From a virus: a stretch of 64,000 bases of DNA. Made by a program: the position numbers and the translations under genes. The notes under the pieces are model-generated. The model worked only from the letters and a program-made list of their open reading frames with translations, ran no database searches and was not told the origin of the DNA. The stretch lies in the IMG/VR virus record IMGVR_UViG_3300045988_098456. One strand, 5' to 3'. Positions 42,608-50,040 of the stretch are shown one piece after another (the stretch's first letter is position 1; every line of letters begins with the position of its first letter).

Positions 42608-43078
42608 ATGAAGAAGAAAGCCAAGCAAATAGCCAAGGTGATGAGCAATGACTCTTTGGAGGTTGTTGCTCAGATGATTGTTGATGAGGCAAAAGGCGTG
42701 CGCTATGAGGTGTATGCCGATGGTTCTAGCAAGAAAGATAAGTGTGGTTGCGGTTGGCTTGTGCTTCATAAGGGAGCGATTATCAAAAGTGGGAAATATA
42801 CATTTATCACAGCTAAAGTGAACGATTCGGTGAGAGCCGAAATAAGGGCGGTCATTCGTGCATTGGGTGATTGCCCTCTTTCATGTTCTGTTGATGTATA
42901 TGTGGATTGCCAAGTAGCTATCGAAAGAATACAGGCATGCAAGTTAGGAGATTTGCAGCCTATATATAATAAGGTAGCGAAAGACAAGACGATAAGATAC
43001 CATTGGGTAAAGGCTCATAGAGGTAATATGTATAACGAAATGGTGGATTCTTTGGCTTTTTCTGCTACAGAAAGTTAA
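42608..43078 (+). CDS. RNase H (type 1), stand-alone
   Basis: 156 aa. VYADGSS (D), VRAEIRAV (E), VYVDCQ (D) and HRGNMYNEMVDSLA (D). Confidence 0.7.
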   Translation: MKKKAKQIAKVMSNDSLEVVAQMIVDEAKGVRYEVYADGSSKKDKCGCGWLVLHKGAIIKSGKYTFITAKVNDSVRAEIRAVIRALGDCPLSCSVDVYVDCQVAIERIQACKLGDLQPIYNKVAKDKTIRYHWVKAHRGNMYNEMVDSLAFSATES

Positions 43079-43113
43079 TTTTGTGTCTAAGTGTATAATA
43101 TGAGTTAAAAGAC

Positions 43114-43224
43114 AAAAGAAATACATTAAAAAGTTTGCATATTTCAGATATTCTTTGTATCTTTGCAATGTAATTAAGAAACAAGGTTATTAATTTGAAA
43201 AGGTGAGACACACCGTAAAAACTG
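43114..43224 (+). repeat. promoter-leader module, copy D
   Basis: -33 TTTGC, -7 TATCTTTG at 43158..43165, GGTGAGACACACC at 43202..43214, and ..gtaaaaactg ending 10 nt before ATG 43234. Confidence 0.7.
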
Positions 43225-43233
43225 TGATTCGTT

Positions 43234-43455
43234 ATGAATACTAGATTGAGTAAGAAAGAGACAATGGTTTATGGCAACATCGGAGTGATGGCAGACGTAA
43301 TCGGAGGTAATAAGTACTTCACTTTTGCAGATTTGTATGATTTCGATTTGGATAATACCAAGGATGAGTTGAAAGAAATATTAAACTCTTTGACCGAGAA
43401 AGGTTATTTAAAGAGTTTTAATGATTTCGATAAAACTTATCGAGTTTTAAAGTAA
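43234..43455 (+). CDS. hypothetical protein
   Basis: 73-aa ORF. Confidence 0.5.
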   Translation: MNTRLSKKETMVYGNIGVMADVIGGNKYFTFADLYDFDLDNTKDELKEILNSLTEKGYLKSFNDFDKTYRVLK

Positions 43456-43621
43456 GAATAACAAAGGAGATATAAAATCCAATTACAATATAAATTTAGA
43501 GCGTGAGACACACGTAAAACTGTATTGAAACAATGAAAAAGGTATTTACAATTGAGAATGCATTAGCATTTTTGTTTGCTCTTGAAATAGTATCATTAAT
43601 ATTTTTTCTAGGATAGGGCTT

Positions 43622-43840
43622 ATGCAGATTAAGTTTGGTAAGATAAAGTTTACTGCGGCTAAGTCCGAAAAAGGATGCCGCTTTGATGCTTGCTACAAAG
43701 GTGAGCATGTGGCTTTTGAGAGTGAAGATATGTCTTTGTATGATGATGTCTTTTCTGATAATAACAGAAGAGCAAAGGCTGCAAAGAGGGTGATTTACGA
43801 GAACATAAAGCATAAGTATTATGAGAACCATAGAGATTAG
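43622..43840 (+). CDS. hypothetical protein
   Basis: 72-aa ORF. A leader-box-only copy (gtgagacacacgtaaaactg, 43503..43522) lies upstream. Confidence 0.5.
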   Translation: MQIKFGKIKFTAAKSEKGCRFDACYKGEHVAFESEDMSLYDDVFSDNNRRAKAAKRVIYENIKHKYYENHRD

Positions 43841-44255
43841 CGATTTCAACGCTGCCGATGAATTTGTCGTTGAGGCAATGATGCAAGATGGCAAATTCAA
43901 GGTTATCGGCAAGGTTATTATTGACAATAACCTTCTGAATGATGATGATTTGGAAACCATCTGGGATTATGCCAACTGGGAGACGAACGGCTATGAAAAG
44001 ATGGTTGTCTCTAATGGAGTGTATAAAGGCTTAAAAGCATTTAGTGATGGTCGAATGTTCTATGTAATTACGGATGATGAGGTCGGAGTTGTAAACGACA
44101 ATATCATGGTACGTAAGCATTACGATGTCAACAATGGCTATTATATAAAGTCATCAAGGTTACACAAGGAGCAATCCAAGGATTTGTGGTGCTTTGGTAG
44201 TTGCGAGACCATAACTAACGAATATAAGTCAAACCCTTTTATATGTGGTAAGTGA
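43821..44255 (+). CDS. hypothetical protein
   Basis: 144-aa ORF. Confidence 0.55.
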   Translation: MRTIEISDFNAADEFVVEAMMQDGKFKVIGKVIIDNNLLNDDDLETIWDYANWETNGYEKMVVSNGVYKGLKAFSDGRMFYVITDDEVGVVNDNIMVRKHYDVNNGYYIKSSRLHKEQSKDLWCFGSCETITNEYKSNPFICGK

Positions 44256-44509
44256 TGGCAAAAAAGATTAATCATATTAAACCTTCCTTCATTGAAGGCG
44301 GTGAAGTTTGGCATGATATTGATAAGTTCCCGATGCTAGACCATACAATTCTAGTAGAGTTGCAAGTAAAAGGCTCAGACGGATTGATTTACCGGACGCA
44401 AGATGTATGTATTGAGCGTGCGGATAGGTTCGTACCTACGATGTCTTTTGTTCCTAAGCGTTGGGCGTATGCAATAGACTTAGCTCAATGCAAGCAACTT
44501 GAAGAATGA
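44252..44509 (+). CDS. DUF551-like small protein
   Basis: 85 aa with VWHDIDKFPMLDHTILV and PKRWAYAIDL. Confidence 0.5.
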   Translation: MMAKKINHIKPSFIEGGEVWHDIDKFPMLDHTILVELQVKGSDGLIYRTQDVCIERADRFVPTMSFVPKRWAYAIDLAQCKQLEE

Positions 44510-44889
44510 AAACAAAATACAAAACTAAGAATAAGCATATGGAAGAATCAAGAGGTGTTTACACATCACCTGTCTTGTATAATGAACAAAGTGGTAGAAA
44601 CGAAGGTGTATGTGTAAGAAAAGAACTTGGAGCAGTTGTTGCAATCGACAATGAAGATGAGTTTAAAGATGTTTTTTCAAGGGATGGTGAGGTTGATGTA
44701 TTCAAGCAGTTACTATCACAAGAAGTGTATCGTTTCTATACAGAACACAACGCATTCCCTACTGATCCTTTGATTTCTTACAAGATGGATGGCGACATTA
44801 TCTTTGTTTTCGTTGAAGTAACAATCGGAAAGATGTATGGCGGTTATGTGTATATTGTACATTACAACTTTGCAAGCACGGCATCATAA
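44506..44889 (+). CDS. hypothetical protein
   Basis: 127-aa ORF. Confidence 0.55.
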   Translation: MKTKYKTKNKHMEESRGVYTSPVLYNEQSGRNEGVCVRKELGAVVAIDNEDEFKDVFSRDGEVDVFKQLLSQEVYRFYTEHNAFPTDPLISYKMDGDIIFVFVEVTIGKMYGGYVYIVHYNFASTAS

Positions 44890-44904
44890 TAAACAAGTTT
44901 GATT

Positions 44905-45039
44905 ATGACAGTAGTAAGAGAAAGATTAAAAATTGCGGCTCAGATTGAGGTGCTGGAAGATATTGCTATTGATTATAGGGGAAAGACTATAGATAACATC
45001 ATCCAACAGCTAGAAGCAAGATTGAGTGTGCTGAAATAA
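44905..45039 (+). CDS. hypothetical small protein (44 aa)
   Basis: Hand-translated as MTVVRERLKIAAQIEVLEDIAIDYRGKTIDNIIQQLEARLSVLK. Confidence 0.35.
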   Translation: MTVVRERLKIAAQIEVLEDIAIDYRGKTIDNIIQQLEARLSVLK

Positions 45040-45065
45040 GTTCAAATTCCGGTAGTTGGAAGATT

Positions 45066-45422
45066 ATGAGTGGTGGACGTTTTGATTATGCTCAGTATAG
45101 GATTGCTGACATATATACAAAGATAGAAGATTATGTTGATGGTCATCCATTGGATGAGGAAGATGAAAGATGTTTTCTCGAAGACAGATGGTTGGAGGAG
45201 GATGAAGACAAGTATGTTAGAAAGCATCATCATACGATGCCTAACAGATATGGCTTATCTAAAGAGACTATCAAGGAATTCAAAAAGGGTATTGAGCTTC
45301 TGAAGAAAGCTCAGGTTTATGCCCAAAGAATTGATTGGCTTCTTTCCGGTGATGATGGAGAAGATAATTTCCATCTACGTTTGAAAGAGGATTTGGAAAA
45401 TTTAAAAAGCAAAAAAGGATAG
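45066..45422 (+). CDS. hypothetical acidic protein
   Basis: 118-aa ORF. Confidence 0.55.
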   Translation: MSGGRFDYAQYRIADIYTKIEDYVDGHPLDEEDERCFLEDRWLEEDEDKYVRKHHHTMPNRYGLSKETIKEFKKGIELLKKAQVYAQRIDWLLSGDDGEDNFHLRLKEDLENLKSKKG

Positions 45423-45425
45423 ATT

Positions 45426-45923
45426 ATGAGTTGGAATTATCGCTTAGATACACCTATGATGCAATTAGCAGAAGAGGTGAACAAGAAATATGATACCGAT
45501 GCAGGTAAGATGCTTCTTTGCACTTATCTCTTCATGGTATCAAGTGAAGAGGTCAAGGACAAACAAGCTTTCTTTGATTGGGTAGAAGAATTGAGTAAGT
45601 CCTGTAAGTGCGATGCGGTAAGGGAGTACGTGAAAACCAACGGCAAAACCGACTGGCTGCATGGTGGATTCAGTAAGCCGATTTACCGACACTATAAGGG
45701 TAATTTTTATGAGTACCTTGGTGAGGTTAGTGATAGCGAGACTTCAGAAGTAAAGGTAGCGTACCAAGCGTTGTACGGACAACATGAGGTTTGGGTGAGA
45801 CCAAAGGAAATGTTCTTTGGAAATGTTGAGATTGATGGTAAGCCAGTTCCTCGATTTGAGAAGGTAGATTTAAAAGACTTAGAGAAACAAACCGAGAAGA
45901 GCAATGGACAGAGAAAAGATTAA
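45426..45923 (+). CDS. DUF1653-domain protein
   Basis: 165 aa. IYRHYKGNFYEYLGEVSDSETSEVKVAYQALYGQHEVWVRPKEMF fits the DUF1653 pattern. Confidence 0.55.
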   Translation: MSWNYRLDTPMMQLAEEVNKKYDTDAGKMLLCTYLFMVSSEEVKDKQAFFDWVEELSKSCKCDAVREYVKTNGKTDWLHGGFSKPIYRHYKGNFYEYLGEVSDSETSEVKVAYQALYGQHEVWVRPKEMFFGNVEIDGKPVPRFEKVDLKDLEKQTEKSNGQRKD

Positions 45924-46053
45924 GAGCTTGTTAGGTCAAGCAATCTTGCGAGTGAATGAAGTCGTACCGAATTTCGAAGACTTGGACAAGGTTCTTCCTT
46001 TGCTTAGACAGGCAATTGATGAATTAGATAAGTCTGATTCGGGTTCAGTTTAA
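45904..46053 (+). CDS. hypothetical small protein (49 aa)
   Basis: Hand-translated as MDREKIKSLLGQAILRVNEVVPNFEDLDKVLPLLRQAIDELDKSDSGSV. Confidence 0.35.
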   Translation: MDREKIKSLLGQAILRVNEVVPNFEDLDKVLPLLRQAIDELDKSDSGSV

Positions 46054-46065
46054 AAAGTGTGGAAA

Positions 46066-46599
46066 ATGGAAAATAAGCAGACGATAAAACCAAAGGTAGT
46101 TCCCTTTGAGATAGCCAAACTTCTGAAGGAGGTTGGTTACGATGAGAAGATAGCAGAATTTTGGGCTTATGCTAGTCCTTGGACAGCAAAGGGTGGTATT
46201 CGTAAGGGTGGAAAATATAATGAGCATTACGGCAGTTATATTGCTTACTCCAATTCCGAGTGGGAGAAATCCAATATTGAGTTTTCTGCTGCCTTAAAGT
46301 TGAATAGTAAGCATCCGGCAATATCCGCTCCAAGCTATGATATGGTGCTTGATTGGCTTTTAGAGCATTTCGGTTATTATATTTGTGTTGCAAATGTCTC
46401 GAAAGGTAAGTTCTGCTGGCAAACTACATCATGGTGTGTAGAGGAGGGGTTGTGCCATACGGATGGTAAGGAATATTCCAGTAGATACGAGGCAATGGAT
46501 GCGGCATTCAAGAGTATCTTAAAGGCTCGTATTGAGAATAAAGATAACGAGGTGATCAAAAGACTTTCTGAAGAAATACAAGATGGAAAGAATTTATGA
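46066..46599 (+). CDS. hypothetical protein
   Basis: First ATG of ORF track 46057..46599. Confidence 0.55.
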   Translation: MENKQTIKPKVVPFEIAKLLKEVGYDEKIAEFWAYASPWTAKGGIRKGGKYNEHYGSYIAYSNSEWEKSNIEFSAALKLNSKHPAISAPSYDMVLDWLLEHFGYYICVANVSKGKFCWQTTSWCVEEGLCHTDGKEYSSRYEAMDAAFKSILKARIENKDNEVIKRLSEEIQDGKNL

Positions 46600-46918
46600 T
46601 ACTTTTGTACACACAATAATTATGAAGTTAGAAGCTCGTTTATGTACTGAACTCGAATGTATTTATAAGAATATAACAAACAAGATTGTTGAGAAGAAAC
46701 GTAAACTTACCAACGAAGACTTAATTGAGTTTCAGAAAAAACTACAAGAAGTGTACGACACGAATGCTGCTATTCGTGAAAAAGTTACTGGCATTAAAGA
46801 TTCCAAGAATTGTATCTTAACTAAAGAAGCATGTGAAGAGTTAATAAAGCGACTTAGCGTGATTAATATAAAAGAAGATGAACAAGCAAAGAATGATAGA
46901 GTGGATAGCCACTTGTGA
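46583..46918 (+). CDS. hypothetical protein
   Basis: 111-aa ORF. Confidence 0.5.
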   Translation: MERIYDTFVHTIIMKLEARLCTELECIYKNITNKIVEKKRKLTNEDLIEFQKKLQEVYDTNAAIREKVTGIKDSKNCILTKEACEELIKRLSVINIKEDEQAKNDRVDSHL

Positions 46919-47255
46919 TACAGGTATCTCTTCAATGACTATGTGGAGTGCATTAATGGGGGTAAAACGAAAGAAAGATTTGAATATTCCCAAAGACAAT
47001 AGTGACTTCCGTAGATGCTATGACATGGTAGAATACGGACACGTAACCTTGGATGAGCTACAGGTTATAAAGAAGCAATATCCTTGGTTTGCTCCTGTTG
47101 TTGACAATTGGAAGGAATTGTCTCTTTTGTTTGAAGAAGAGCTGGACAAACGCTTGTATATGCGAATCCGTCAGCTTTGCAAAGAATCAGACGCTATCCG
47201 GTATGAGGTAAGGGGAGGACTTTATTATGAAAGGGTGTTTTGGTATAATGTTTAA
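46878..47255 (+). CDS. hypothetical protein
   Basis: 125-aa ORF. An alternative start at 46893 would reduce the overlap. Confidence 0.5.
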   Translation: MNKQRMIEWIATCDTGISSMTMWSALMGVKRKKDLNIPKDNSDFRRCYDMVEYGHVTLDELQVIKKQYPWFAPVVDNWKELSLLFEEELDKRLYMRIRQLCKESDAIRYEVRGGLYYERVFWYNV

Positions 47256-47274
47256 TTAATAAAAGATAGAAAGA

Positions 47275-47631
47275 ATGAATAAAGACAAATTAAAGGTCAG
47301 CTTTGAGATTGACCGCTACAAGGTAATTGGTATGCTTTCACGTAATTGTGAGAATGCTGAAGAGTACAACGAGATTATGGATATTCTTGAAGGCAAGAAT
47401 GAGTTTGTGCGTGATGCGAATGGTAACGAGGAACTTGCAAGCCGCATTTGCAATTATGCTTTGGACTCTATCTTGGTAGAGAATCCAGATTTGGCTCTCC
47501 GTAAGCGTTTGGATAAGGAACAGAAAGGCGAGGATGCTCCTGATGGAATTTCAAATGTTATCGAAATCAAAGGTGATGACGCAAAGAAACTTGTAGAAAC
47601 CCTTTGTGGTATTCTCCGCAAGGATAAATGA
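47275..47631 (+). CDS. hypothetical protein
   Basis: 118-aa ORF. Confidence 0.55.
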   Translation: MNKDKLKVSFEIDRYKVIGMLSRNCENAEEYNEIMDILEGKNEFVRDANGNEELASRICNYALDSILVENPDLALRKRLDKEQKGEDAPDGISNVIEIKGDDAKKLVETLCGILRKDK

Positions 47632-47695
47632 TGTAAAATACATCAAAAGAATATAAATAAACACTAAAACGCTTGCAAGAATAAGAAAAAATGCT

Positions 47696-47703
47696 TATCT
47701 TTG
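47696..47703 (+). promoter_or_regulatory. Bacteroidota-type -7 box (TATCTTTG) for the tRNA cluster
   Basis: aaacactaaaacgcTTGCaag...tgctTATCTTTGcatcg has the same upstream half as the repeated module. It lies ~145 nt upstream of the first tRNA. Confidence 0.55.
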
Positions 47704-47848
47704 CATCGTGTTTGAAACAGATGGCCTTCTGAGAGGTCGCTTCTACCATAATAAGTCAAGACTTAGGAGTTTACGGCAGGGGTTCCATGTTACCCAGCCC
47801 AGCTAGACTATAACAAGGAAACTCTAATTAGGGTGAGAATCCCTAGAT

Positions 47849-47921
47849 GCTGCATTAGACAAGTGGTTAAGTCGCCAGCTTTTCACGCTGGTATTCAAAG
47901 GTTCGAATCCTTTATGCAGTA
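47849..47921 (+). tRNA. tRNA-Glu (anticodon TTC)
   Basis: Hand fold: acceptor GCTGCAT/ATGCAGT (G1-U72 wobble), 3-bp D stem, anticodon arm CCAGC-TTTTCAC-GCTGG, T arm AAAGG-TTCGAAT-CCTTT. 73 nt. Confidence 0.8.
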
Positions 47922-47927
47922 CTAAAT

Positions 47928-47998
47928 TGCCCTATGGTGTAATGGTAACACTACAGGTTTTGGTTCTGTCATTAGTGGTTCGAATCCACTTGGGGCAA
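47928..47998 (+). tRNA. tRNA-Gln (anticodon TTG)
   Basis: Hand fold: acceptor TGCCCTA/TGGGGCA (U1-A72), D stem GTGT/ACAC, anticodon arm ACAGG-TTTTGGT-TCTGT, T arm AGTGG-TTCGAAT-CCACT. 71 nt. Confidence 0.8.
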
Positions 47999-48028
47999 CA
48001 AGATGGAATTGGTATATGTTCCACACAA

Positions 48029-48113
48029 GGTGCGATATTCAAGCGGTTAAAGAAGATAGACTGTAAATCTATTCCCATTGTGGGTTCGGTGAGTTCGAAT
48101 CTCCCTTGCACCA
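48029..48113 (+). tRNA. tRNA-Tyr (anticodon GTA), long variable arm
   Basis: Hand fold: acceptor GGTGCGA/TTGCACC, anticodon arm ATAGA-CTGTAAA-TCTAT, variable arm CCCA-TTG-TGGG, T arm GTGAG-TTCGAAT-CTCCC (one U-C mismatch). 85 nt. Confidence 0.75.
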
Positions 48114-48135
48114 CGAGTAACTTTTGTCGATTACG

Positions 48136-48208
48136 AGGAATGTAGCTCAGTAGTAGAGCACTTGGCTTGGTAACTAAGGGGGCGTTGGTGCAAATCCAAC
48201 CATTCCTT
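48136..48208 (+). tRNA. aberrant tRNA with 8-nt anticodon loop CTTGGTAA (Thr-GGT-like or Pro-TGG-like)
   Basis: Hand fold: perfect acceptor AGGAATG/CATTCCT, D arm GCTC-AGTAGTA-GAGC, anticodon stem CTTGG/CTAAG enclosing 8 nt, T arm GTTGG-TGCAAAT-CCAAC (G at position 55). 73 nt. Confidence 0.5.
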
Positions 48209-48211
48209 TAC

Positions 48212-48283
48212 GCTTTCGTAGCTCAGTGGCAGAGCATAGGATTTTTAATCCTAGGGTCGAAGGTTCGAATCCTTCCGTTGGCA
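48212..48283 (+). tRNA. tRNA-Lys (anticodon TTT) with two U-U mismatches in the acceptor stem
   Basis: Hand fold: D arm GCTC-AGTGGC-AGAGC, anticodon arm TAGGA-TTTTTAA-TCCTA, T arm GAAGG-TTCGAAT-CCTTC. Acceptor GCTTTCG/CGTTGGC pairs at only 5 of 7 positions. Confidence 0.6.
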
Positions 48284-48465
48284 CAATGATACACAAGAAG
48301 AGAGCCGTGATGTTTGTTTTGTTGGAATCTCGGACATCTGTCAACGGGAAAACGTAGGAAGCAGATGGAGTGAATAAAGTTGTGAATAAGCTTATGAACT
48401 AGGTGAACAAGCGGAATGGCTCTCTTTTGTGCTTCATTTGATGGTTTAACGAAAAATTGAAGAAT

Positions 48466-48735
48466 ATGAAAAGTCCGTTAAGAATGGCAGTCGCTTTAGA
48501 AAAGAACAACAAGGTATATCCAAAAGATGTACGGAAGTTCTTGATGGGATTGTACGCCACGCTGCATTTGACAGATAACGCAACGGCTAAAGATATGGAA
48601 AAGGTGGTTTATTATGCTTTTCGGAATGGCTATCTGCTAGGTGTTAAGTCTGAAGGTGGTGATGACCAAAAAGCGTATGACAGACTGCCGGATTTGGGAG
48701 TAGAAGAAGATATTGGTGATGATTTAAGAAGATAG
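48466..48735 (+). CDS. hypothetical protein
   Basis: First ATG of ORF track 48457..48735. Confidence 0.5.
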   Translation: MKSPLRMAVALEKNNKVYPKDVRKFLMGLYATLHLTDNATAKDMEKVVYYAFRNGYLLGVKSEGGDDQKAYDRLPDLGVEEDIGDDLRR

Positions 48736-48770
48736 TTGATAAAATTGGTAATTAGTTAGTAAAGTTTCTA

Positions 48771-48803
48771 GGCTTTGGTGTGTGAACATCGAAGCCTTTT
48801 TTT
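48771..48803 (+). terminator. intrinsic terminator
   Basis: Stem ggctttg / cgaagcc followed by ttttttt. Confidence 0.6.
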
Positions 48804-48919
48804 ATATATAATAAGGTATATAAAGAGGGTAATTGTTAATAAGGTGCATATATCAGTTATCGTAAGTTAAATAAATAAAGAAAAACATTAAAAAGCTTGC
48901 ATGTTTCAAAACTTATTTG

Positions 48920-48927
48920 TATCTTTG
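48920..48927 (+). promoter_or_regulatory. Bacteroidota-type -7 box (TATCTTTG), diverged copy of the repeated module
   Basis: aaaaacattaaaaagcTTGCatgtttcaaaacttatttgTATCTTTGcatcg, with a diverged leader box GGTGAGAGCGACACC at 48984..48998. Confidence 0.6.
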
Positions 48928-49034
48928 CATCGTCAATCAAGATAAGTTGGTTGATTTGCCGAGTGACAAGTTTCACTCAATAAGGTGAGAGCGACACCAA
49001 GGGGTAAGACCCAAAACAACTAGCACAATTGATT

Positions 49035-49964
49035 ATGTCTAAGCAGACTGGTTTTTCATTCGCAAGTTCAAAGAAGTCATTAATTGAGACTATTGACGAA
49101 ATCAAGAAGTCAAAGATGCCTCGCAACGAAAAGATTGTTGCATTGAAGGCTTGCGGTCTTCGTGAGAAAGAAATCTCCGATATGTTGAAGGTCTATGTAC
49201 CAAGCGGTTCAACTTCAACGAGATTCGTTTATACATTCGGTGTTGAGATTGAATGTGTTCATGCCGAGCGCAATGCCTTGATAGAGGCAGGTCGTCAGAA
49301 TGGTGTTGATATTCATTCTGAGGGTTATAACCATACCGATAACAAGAGCTATTTCAAGATTGTTAGTGATGCTTCAGTTGGTGGTGATGTTGACCCTAAC
49401 GAGGTTGTAAGTCCGGTATTGAATGGCAATACAAATGGTATGGCAACTTTGAAGAAGGCTATCAAGTCTTTGGATGCTGTAGGTGCAAGAGTTAATTCTA
49501 CTTGTGGTCTTCACGTTCATATCGGTGCATCTAAGTTGACAGGTGAGCAGTATGTTAACGTTTTCAAGAATTATCAGAAGCTTGAAAGATTGATTGATAG
49601 TTTCATGGCTCCTTCAAGAAGAGGTAATTGCCGTTGGGCAGCCAGCTTGCTTGACAAGGATTTCTCTAATTGCCACGGCAATTACGATATTAGACGTAAT
49701 GTATTTCATGGAGATAGATATTACAAGGTCAATGCAGAGAGTTATGCACGTCACAAGACTATCGAATTTCGCCAGCATCAAGGTTCAACAAATTATAAGA
49801 AGATTGAAATGTGGGTTAAGTTCTGCGCAAAGCTTGTCGGTTGGTCTCGCAACAATGTCTTCACTAGTGAGGTTATGAATATCGAAGATATACCTTTCTT
49901 GAATAAAGAAGAGAAGGCTTTCTTCCAGAGCCGTAAGGATGCATTTGCAGCCAATAATGATTAA
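49035..49964 (+). CDS. amidoligase (Amidoligase_2, glutamine-synthetase-like fold)
   Basis: First ATG of ORF track 49029. YTFGVEIECV, IVSDASVGGD..NEVVSPVL, STCGLHVHIG and HKTIEFRQHQGS match the phage/ICE amidoligase pattern as I recall it. Confidence 0.65.
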   Translation: MSKQTGFSFASSKKSLIETIDEIKKSKMPRNEKIVALKACGLREKEISDMLKVYVPSGSTSTRFVYTFGVEIECVHAERNALIEAGRQNGVDIHSEGYNHTDNKSYFKIVSDASVGGDVDPNEVVSPVLNGNTNGMATLKKAIKSLDAVGARVNSTCGLHVHIGASKLTGEQYVNVFKNYQKLERLIDSFMAPSRRGNCRWAASLLDKDFSNCHGNYDIRRNVFHGDRYYKVNAESYARHKTIEFRQHQGSTNYKKIEMWVKFCAKLVGWSRNNVFTSEVMNIEDIPFLNKEEKAFFQSRKDAFAANND

Positions 49965-50040
49965 TTAATGTAGTCCTAGGGTAAAAGCCCTAGGACACAA
50001 AAAAACAAAGTATTACAAAGAAAAAAGAAAGGGTAAAGAT

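Noticed and set aside
43496-43960. 154-aa minus-strand ORF.
   Set aside because: It is antisense to two plus-strand ORFs and spans the leader-box copy at 43503. It has no promoter and a hydrophobic low-complexity translation.
47829-47845. T-arm-like hairpin (tagg g-tgagaat-cccta) just upstream of tRNA-Glu, suggesting a sixth tRNA.
   Set aside because: Only 3 nt separate it from tRNA-Glu, so there is no room for a 3' acceptor strand. No matching 5' acceptor or anticodon arm was found upstream. It is probably a leader or processing hairpin.
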